A stretch of 48,759 bases of DNA from a virus: IMG/VR virus record IMGVR_UViG_3300029805_000004. The stretch is one strand, 5' to 3'. Shown here piece by piece: positions 43,918 to 48,759 of the stretch; position 1 is the stretch's first letter, and each line of letters opens with the position of its first letter. The notes under the pieces were generated by a model that saw nothing but the letters and a program-made list of their open reading frames with translations, was not told where the DNA came from and ran no database searches. The translations under genes and the position numbers were made by a program.

Positions 43918-44144
43918 GAGTTGTATCCCCCAAGTTGTTCTGCATACCATTCAAAGGCAACGGTAATGAGATTATCAAAAGCAGCGTAGACACCACGCAT
44001 CACGAACAGCACTGCGTACCATTCAACGATTGCCATTTCTGGATCATCATTCAGATGGATATCAAACAGCATCACAATCACCAGCGGCGTCATGAAAAAC
44101 ATGGCGTAGAACAGTAAAATAAATGCGTGCTTTTGACTAATCAT
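43914..44144 (-). CDS. small membrane protein (76 aa, two predicted TM helices)
   Basis: FILLFYAMFFMTPLVIVMLF and AIVEWYAVLFVMRGVYAAF. TAATG-coupled. Confidence 0.55.
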   Translation of the reverse strand: MISQKHAFILLFYAMFFMTPLVIVMLFDIHLNDDPEMAIVEWYAVLFVMRGVYAAFDNLITVAFEWYAEQLGGYNS

Positions 44145-44308
44145 TACCTTCTCCTAGTGGTTATCAGTTTCACCCGGTTGGCTGCTTCAGGCATACCGTA
44201 CCGCGTGATGTATAAGTACATGGTGGAAACTCCAACATTGAGAATGATGGACAAATCTAACGTGTCCACACTCTCGCCGTTGTAGTCATACAGGACCGTG
44301 TTGGTCAT
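44144..44308 (-). CDS. 54-aa helix-turn-helix protein
   Basis: Below the track cutoff. TAATG-coupled at both ends. LDLSIILNVGVSTMYLYITRYG resembles an HTH. Confidence 0.5.
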   Translation of the reverse strand: MTNTVLYDYNGESVDTLDLSIILNVGVSTMYLYITRYGMPEAANRVKLITTRRR

Positions 44309-45108
44309 TACGCGAAGCTAGGGGCCATCATCATGCCGTTGGTCACTAGCGTTTCATCGGTCCAACCTGCTGCAATCATTGCATCATACGTTGCGCCTTG
44401 TGCCGCTGCTGTCATGATACGAGCAGGTGCCACAGGTGCAGCTACAGGTGCAGCCACAGGTGGTGGTGCCATCGCTGGTGCCATTGCCACAGGTGCCGCA
44501 ACAACTGGTGCAGCTACTACAGGTGCCGCTGCTACCATGGGTGGTGCACCGGGTGTTGCCATGCCTGCAACGGCTGGTGCTGCTGTACCACCGGGTAGGC
44601 CAGTCAACATTTGGTCCACACTTGGACGTGATGATAATAGCTCAATCGGGATAGGACCTTTTTCACCTGTTGCCATGGTGACATTCAGGTAAGTCTTAAC
44701 ACCTTGTTGTGGTGCAGTATAAGCAAGGGTATTACCCACCACCCATACAACATCACCGGGTTGGATACCAGCAGGATCAAGCAACGGCTGACGTTGGATA
44801 TCCACTACAGGCGGCTGACCTTGAGCTTCAGCTTGGCGTAGTGTCAATGCCATGTAACCAGCAAGTGCCACGTTGGTAGGGTCAGTCACCGCTAAGTCGT
44901 TCCAGCAAGTACGCGCACCGGCTGGCAAGCCTGTCGGATAGCGTTCAGCAATGGCTGCGTTAATAGCATTAGTCACTGCTGTCACTTGTGCAACGTCAGT
45001 CTTGTCCACCAAAATCTGAATACTGTAGCTGCGTTCTGTCGCACCTTGAGCAGCAGATGGTGTGAAGATGTGCGGATATCTGACGATACCTTTTAGTTTA
45101 ATTTCCAT
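44308..45108 (-). CDS. ssDNA-binding protein, DUF2815-like, with Ala/Pro/Val-rich linker
   Basis: The N-terminus MEIKLKGIVRYPHIFTPSAA...YSIQILVDK fits DUF2815 phage SSBs. Lies beside a DUF2800-like gene, as is usual for this pair. Confidence 0.65.
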   Translation of the reverse strand: MEIKLKGIVRYPHIFTPSAAQGATERSYSIQILVDKTDVAQVTAVTNAINAAIAERYPTGLPAGARTCWNDLAVTDPTNVALAGYMALTLRQAEAQGQPPVVDIQRQPLLDPAGIQPGDVVWVVGNTLAYTAPQQGVKTYLNVTMATGEKGPIPIELLSSRPSVDQMLTGLPGGTAAPAVAGMATPGAPPMVAAAPVVAAPVVAAPVAMAPAMAPPPVAAPVAAPVAPARIMTAAAQGATYDAMIAAGWTDETLVTNGMMMAPSFA

Positions 45109-45127
45109 AATATTTCCTATAATTAAG

Positions 45128-45256
45128 TTAAGAATTGTCGATGTCTAATTCGACTTCTTCAGCAGTTGTACCACAGTCACCACAGTATTTTTCAAACTCG
45201 GTCCAGTGTTCTGCTAAGAAATCTTTGATTACAATTTTAGACGTTTCATTCATCAT
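45128..45256 (-). CDS. 42-aa mini-protein (CGDCG motif)
   Basis: AAGGAaaatATGATG start. Fills the gap between the nuclease and SSB genes. Confidence 0.4.
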   Translation of the reverse strand: MMNETSKIVIKDFLAEHWTEFEKYCGDCGTTAEEVELDIDNS

Positions 45257-45263
45257 ATTTTCC

Positions 45264-46622
45264 TTACATAAATGAGATAGGTGCGTCAGCAGCAGGTGCT
45301 TCAGCGGGTTGATTTTCTAATGCTTTCTGATTTGCAGCTAATGCTTCAGACGCATCAATGGCTGCAACTCCCGATGCTATAGCAGCAAGATCGGGACCTT
45401 CAGTACCCTGCAACATTTGTTCAGCACTCGGTTGTTCTGGTATATAGACCGCTTTCAACGTGTCCTTGCCAGCAACGGTAGTGATTAACTTTTGCATGTT
45501 CTTTTTCTGAACTTCAGTTAATTTATCCAACTTCTCAGCACCAGATGGTGACAACAAAGTGGCTGGGTAGTAGTCCGATTGAGTCAGCTTCATGGCCTTG
45601 AACTTCTTAACCATGACTTTCTCTTCTTCATTCCACACGCGGGTTGCTTTACCCGGTGCTAACGTGAAGCCGGGTACATCATGGCCCGTGGAAATTCGAC
45701 GCACTGCTTCAGCGCGTGCATCTTTAAAGGCGTCTTTATATGCTTTCTCGACGGACAAAATTTTAGCAAGGTCTACCGGGACCATCGACGGCAAGTGATT
45801 CATCACCTGTTCGATAATTCCCATGTGACCGATAATAGAATCAGTCATGTCATTCTCCTCAATTATTTGATTCTTACGAGCACTGCAATTTTTCTTATGT
45901 GAACAAAACTCATTGCAATGCTTTCCGGGGGTTAATGGCGCGTCAGGTGCGTCAGTTAATATGGCGGCTGCTGCTAATTTATCTGCTTCAGCTTGCAGGT
46001 CCACTATATTGATTAACTGGCTGCGCTGGGGCGTCTTGGTCTTGGGTTGAAAAATAGTCATCATGCCGGTGTAGCAGGTAATCAGACCAAAGGTTTTGCC
46101 ATGGAGATACGATATCAACTGCGTGTTGAATTTCTCACTGACATAGCGACGACCATCTTTATAGTCAATCACTTCAACGAAGATGATGTCATCCTTAGAA
46201 TCCTTGACAACGATGGTGATGTCACACGTTCCCCACCAGTCATCACGACCATAGGCTTCACCGGGATTAGATATCGTTTCAGCGGTAACTGTAACGGTAC
46301 ACGGATCATCTTCTTTATCGTACTGCATCCCAAGTTCATAGATGCGTTGCTCAACATAATCCAAACATGATTGAACACGATCAACACGGTCCTGTTGAAT
46401 GAACCATCCCATAGGATTCTCTTCATCATCAACACCTATGGTTTGGCCCAAGTATGCTTCAGCACGAACGCCATGGATCAGACACGCTTCAAGCAGCAAG
46501 TGGGAACCTGTACCATCAATCGCCGCTGGACTTGTAGTATCCGGGTAGGCCGCTTCTTCACGGATGCTGCCCGGACATTTAGGCCAGCGTTTATTTGATG
46601 GTCCTAGCCTTGCGTGGGCCAT
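45264..46622 (-). CDS. DUF2800-like PD-(D/E)xK (Cas4-like) nuclease
   Basis: The N-terminus HARLGPSNKRWPKCPGS...IDGTGSHLLLE and the C-terminal Cys cluster HCNEFCSHKKNC are typical of DUF2800 as I remember it. Confidence 0.7.
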   Translation of the reverse strand: MAHARLGPSNKRWPKCPGSIREEAAYPDTTSPAAIDGTGSHLLLEACLIHGVRAEAYLGQTIGVDDEENPMGWFIQQDRVDRVQSCLDYVEQRIYELGMQYDKEDDPCTVTVTAETISNPGEAYGRDDWWGTCDITIVVKDSKDDIIFVEVIDYKDGRRYVSEKFNTQLISYLHGKTFGLITCYTGMMTIFQPKTKTPQRSQLINIVDLQAEADKLAAAAILTDAPDAPLTPGKHCNEFCSHKKNCSARKNQIIEENDMTDSIIGHMGIIEQVMNHLPSMVPVDLAKILSVEKAYKDAFKDARAEAVRRISTGHDVPGFTLAPGKATRVWNEEEKVMVKKFKAMKLTQSDYYPATLLSPSGAEKLDKLTEVQKKNMQKLITTVAGKDTLKAVYIPEQPSAEQMLQGTEGPDLAAIASGVAAIDASEALAANQKALENQPAEAPAADAPISFM

Positions 46623-47029
46623 TACAATGCAGCCATTCTTTCATTGAAAGTAGCAAATTGTGCTTGCGGTAACGCTGCAAAACCATTGACACCAAACTCA
46701 GTCAGCAAGTTGCGCACTGCTGCACCGCTATCACCTAACCGGGTTGCGGCTGCTATGGCTGCTGCGTTCAAAGTCTCAGCCGTGATGGTCGTGGCTGCTG
46801 GTGGTGTTGGTGCTACGGCTGCTGCTGCTACGGGTGCTGCTGCTGCAACTGCTGGTGCTGGCACGCTGGTCAACACGGGTGCCGCTGCAACTGGTGCCGC
46901 TGCTGCTACCACTGGTGTTTCAACCTGACCGACTGTTTCAACAGACAGACCTGCTACCAACGCTGTTAATAAGGCCACCATTTGTTCATTAGTGGCTGCG
47001 ATTTTTTCTAAATTTTGTTCAATTGACAT
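46622..47029 (-). CDS. hypothetical protein with central Ala/Pro/Val-rich linker (135 aa)
   Basis: TAATG-coupled to the nuclease gene. Two small helical ends are joined by PVVAAAAPVAAAPVLTSVPAPAVAAAAPVAAAAVAPTPPAA. Confidence 0.55.
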   Translation of the reverse strand: MSIEQNLEKIAATNEQMVALLTALVAGLSVETVGQVETPVVAAAAPVAAAPVLTSVPAPAVAAAAPVAAAAVAPTPPAATTITAETLNAAAIAAATRLGDSGAAVRNLLTEFGVNGFAALPQAQFATFNERMAAL

Positions 47030-47225
47030 CGTATAATTCTCCAGATGTTTTCATAGTTTTAAGTTGTTCAGCAGTCGGGGTAATTTTCAATCTACCTTCG
47101 CTGGCGGCAACCATCATTTCACGGAATAGGTCATTGTGATCCTTCCCGTAAATCTCTTTGGACTTCTCCTTGAAAGTTTCAAGTTCGTCCTCATCCACAC
47201 GTATGTGAAATCGCATACTTCCCAT
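47019..47225 (-). CDS. ribbon-helix-helix (CopG/Arc/MobC-like) DNA-binding protein, 68 aa
   Basis: RFHIRVDEDELETFKEKSKEIYGKDHNDLFREMM is a beta-strand plus two helices, the RHH pattern. AGGAGG RBS. The operator cluster lies directly upstream. Confidence 0.6.
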   Translation of the reverse strand: MGSMRFHIRVDEDELETFKEKSKEIYGKDHNDLFREMMVAASEGRLKITPTAEQLKTMKTSGELYDVN

Positions 47226-47252
47226 GGCTATCTACCTCCTATAAGTGGGAAT

Positions 47253-47305
47253 GACAGTGTACCCTATCTGTCGGACACTGTGTTACTTAATTGTGACACT
47301 GTCAC
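47253..47305. promoter_or_regulatory. operator cluster: GACAGTGT (47253-60), TGTCGGACACTGTG (47269-82), palindrome GTGACACTGTCAC (47293-305)
   Basis: Read directly in the 81-nt gap between two minus-strand genes. The minus strand also carries a TAGGGT hexamer like the -10 at 1654-1659. Confidence 0.6.
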
Positions 47306-47306
47306 T

Positions 47307-47534
47307 CTACTTTTGAGTATCACTTCCAAACACTTCATCCTTATGGGTCAAGTGGTAAATCCTTGCAGCAAGGAATATCGCCATGGTTATGAACATCAAC
47401 GTGCCACCAGCGAAAGCCCACCAATCAGATTCAAGCCAGTTCAAGTACATGATCCGCATCCCCAATACCGCTAATATCGCTAAGATTGGCACGTCGTCAT
47501 GGGCCATTTTTATACCTGATTCTCTTTCAGTCAT
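47307..47534 (-). CDS. small membrane protein (75 aa, two TM helices)
   Basis: GGAGaataaaATG at 47534; the track start is TTG 47546. TM segments VPILAILAVLGMRIMYL and AFAGGTLMFITMAIFLAARIY. Confidence 0.55.
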   Translation of the reverse strand: MTERESGIKMAHDDVPILAILAVLGMRIMYLNWLESDWWAFAGGTLMFITMAIFLAARIYHLTHKDEVFGSDTQK

Positions 47535-47549
47535 TTTATTCTCCAATCT

Positions 47550-47909
47550 CTACTTTTGAACAGGGTGGATTGGGGGATTGCCCATACTTAATGCAGCACG
47601 TGTTTCATAAAGCAATGTTTCCACCTTATCAAGTCGCTCGTTCATCACTTCAAGCTCATCCATCAAGGTTGCTACCTTTTTAGATGGCTGCTTGCCAGTG
47701 CTAGGACGACGCCATTTCAGTAGTTTATATTTCTTAGCATTGAGCATGGATGATTCGCTGATTGGGACCCCAACCTTTTCACTCAAGGTCTTACAGATAT
47801 CTTCATTAGGTACACCGTTAAGAGCACCGTCAGCAGCCATCAATACCAACTCGTCACAGACCTGACAATACTGGTTGTTTGTAATACGAAGTCGTATAAT
47901 TTTATCCAT
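47550..47909 (-). CDS. HTH plus coiled-coil DNA-binding protein candidate (119 aa)
   Basis: GGAGaatatcATG at 47909. NEDICKTLSEKVGVPISESSMLNAKK is HTH-like, followed by a basic patch and then a helical C-terminus. Confidence 0.5.
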   Translation of the reverse strand: MDKIIRLRITNNQYCQVCDELVLMAADGALNGVPNEDICKTLSEKVGVPISESSMLNAKKYKLLKWRRPSTGKQPSKKVATLMDELEVMNERLDKVETLLYETRAALSMGNPPIHPVQK

Positions 47910-47922
47910 GATATTCTCCAAT

Positions 47923-48054
47923 TTATAGTAAATAAGTTTTCACATCACCGTAGCTAAATAGCGTGATGATGTACTTGTGGTTGTTCTTGTAAACTTTATA
48001 GTGCTGCTTGGTGCTATCCCATACGGCATAGCAAGTACGGCCCCGGTGCATCAT
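47923..48054 (-). CDS. possible 43-aa mini-protein
   Basis: Fills the gap between neighbouring genes. Sequence MMHRGRTCYAVWDSTKQHYKVYKNNHKYIITLFSYGDVKTYLL. Weak RBS. Confidence 0.35.
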   Translation of the reverse strand: MMHRGRTCYAVWDSTKQHYKVYKNNHKYIITLFSYGDVKTYLL

Positions 48055-48056
48055 AA

Positions 48057-48239
48057 TTAGTCATCCTTGTTTAACGTGCAGCGGTCATAACACACACCTG
48101 TTCCAGATAAAAAATACACCGCACCAGTTAAATCAACCTTGACTGCTGCCAATAGATGCTTTCTGAAAATACCGTTGCCTAGATAACACCGCTTGCCGAT
48201 AGCCGGTGAAAATAAATAGGTTAAAAATTCATTGTTCAT
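48057..48239 (-). CDS. hypothetical early protein (60 aa)
   Basis: ATGA-coupled to the upstream gene. Confidence 0.5.
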   Translation of the reverse strand: MNNEFLTYLFSPAIGKRCYLGNGIFRKHLLAAVKVDLTGAVYFLSGTGVCYDRCTLNKDD

Positions 48240-48502
48240 TTCTCACTTTCCCTTAGTAAGTTTTTAACAACTTCAGTGTAGTCAGTGCCTTTGTAGTTGA
48301 TAAATTTGATCTGGTTATAACCGTTAAATGTAATGGTCCAATCTGAATCAACACCTTCACCGAAAATCTCTTCAGACATATCACGAATAAATTGTTTGAC
48401 CATGTTTACCTTCACGTCACTTACCGTTCTATGTTTAAAGTTTGCTGAAATGAAACATTCCAACGGGTTGAATTTTAGAGTTCTAGTTATTGTGTATTTC
48501 AT
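48236..48502 (-). CDS. hypothetical early protein (88 aa)
   Basis: TAATG-coupled to the upstream gene. Confidence 0.55.
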   Translation of the reverse strand: MKYTITRTLKFNPLECFISANFKHRTVSDVKVNMVKQFIRDMSEEIFGEGVDSDWTITFNGYNQIKFINYKGTDYTEVVKNLLRESEK

Positions 48503-48681
48503 TACTCACCACCTTTGAACACGTTTTCAAGGTGCTCAATTAAATACTTAGCATAGCCAACGACTAGCTCAACATCGTCAAACATGAATGTTTCATCACC
48601 ACGCTCGACGCACTTTTTATACTCAACTTTCAACCGGGCCAATACAGCCGGGGTGAACTCAAGTGAAGATTGATTTGCCAT
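48502..48681 (-). CDS. hypothetical early protein (59 aa) spanning the repeat boundary
   Basis: Below the track cutoff. Sequence MANQSSLEFTPAVLARLKVEYKKCVERGDETFMFDDVELVVGYAKYLIEHLENVFKGGE. The same ATG appears at 39-41, which shows the two ends are contiguous. Confidence 0.5.
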   Translation of the reverse strand: MANQSSLEFTPAVLARLKVEYKKCVERGDETFMFDDVELVVGYAKYLIEHLENVFKGGE

Positions 48682-48759
48682 TATTTATACCTCAGTAATT
48701 TTGACGTTTTGTGATACCAGACCGTAGCTGTCTTTCAGCTTCATGCCAGTCTCACGACT
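48641..48759. repeat. Terminal direct repeat copy 2 (identical to 1-119)
   Basis: Exact 119-bp identity with the window start. Confidence 0.95.

Noticed and set aside
44333-44692. Plus-strand ORFs (119, 66 and 75 aa) opposite the SSB gene, and 46614-46928 / 46801-46992 opposite the 135-aa gene
   Set aside because: They arise from GC-rich Ala/Pro/Val codon repeats (gctgct/ggtgcc), which stay open in several frames. The minus-strand genes have recognisable domains and coupled starts.
1-48759. Lysogeny module, phage RNA polymerase, tRNAs and toxin-antitoxin or other defence islands
   Set aside because: There is no integrase, recombinase or CI-type repressor with a peptidase domain. There is no single-subunit RNAP-sized ORF with its motifs. 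No intergenic region is large enough for a tRNA apart from the iteron region, which does not fold as one.

Overview
The window is a complete, circularly closed genome of a tailed dsDNA phage. Bases 1-119 are identical to 48641-48759, so the unique length is 48640 bp. There is no integrase, tRNA, CRISPR array or phage RNA polymerase.

The genome has two divergent arms that leave a regulatory hub at 1529-1770 and meet head-on at 37813-37820.

The rightward arm (1771-37820, + strand) carries, in order:
- an AEP-primase/SF3-helicase gene, followed by a non-coding iteron plus AT-rich region (candidate origin);
- a run of tiny Cys-rich ORFs;
- terS and terL;
- a T7-ordered virion module: portal, scaffold, major capsid, cement protein, tail tubular A and B, then internal virion proteins;
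- a repeat-containing fibre-like protein;
- a 2538-aa polyvalent-type giant protein;
- a 1464-aa multi-domain receptor-binding fibre;
- a lysis cassette: lipoprotein, PLA2-like protein, small TM protein, M15 peptidase endolysin and a tail-anchored coiled-coil protein.

The leftward arm (1528 back through the junction to 37813, - strand) carries small early ORFs, RHH/HTH regulators and a translationally coupled replication/recombination set:
- a DUF2800-like nuclease;
- a DUF2815-like SSB;
- a proofreading family-B DNA polymerase;
- a Topo VI-A/Spo11-like 'Mini-A' protein;
- VRR-NUC;
- a Dam-type methyltransferase;
- an SNF2 helicase.

The most interesting signals are:
- a TGTC/GACA half-site operator recurring at four transcription-unit boundaries;
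- the candidate origin;
- the Topo VI-A-like gene;
- the giant HExxH-containing protein;
- a phospholipase-A2-like gene inside the lysis cassette;
- ten 22-aa tandem repeats in a fibre-like protein;
- two adjacent small proteins that share a C-terminal motif.

All family assignments come from motif recognition by eye. No database search was run.
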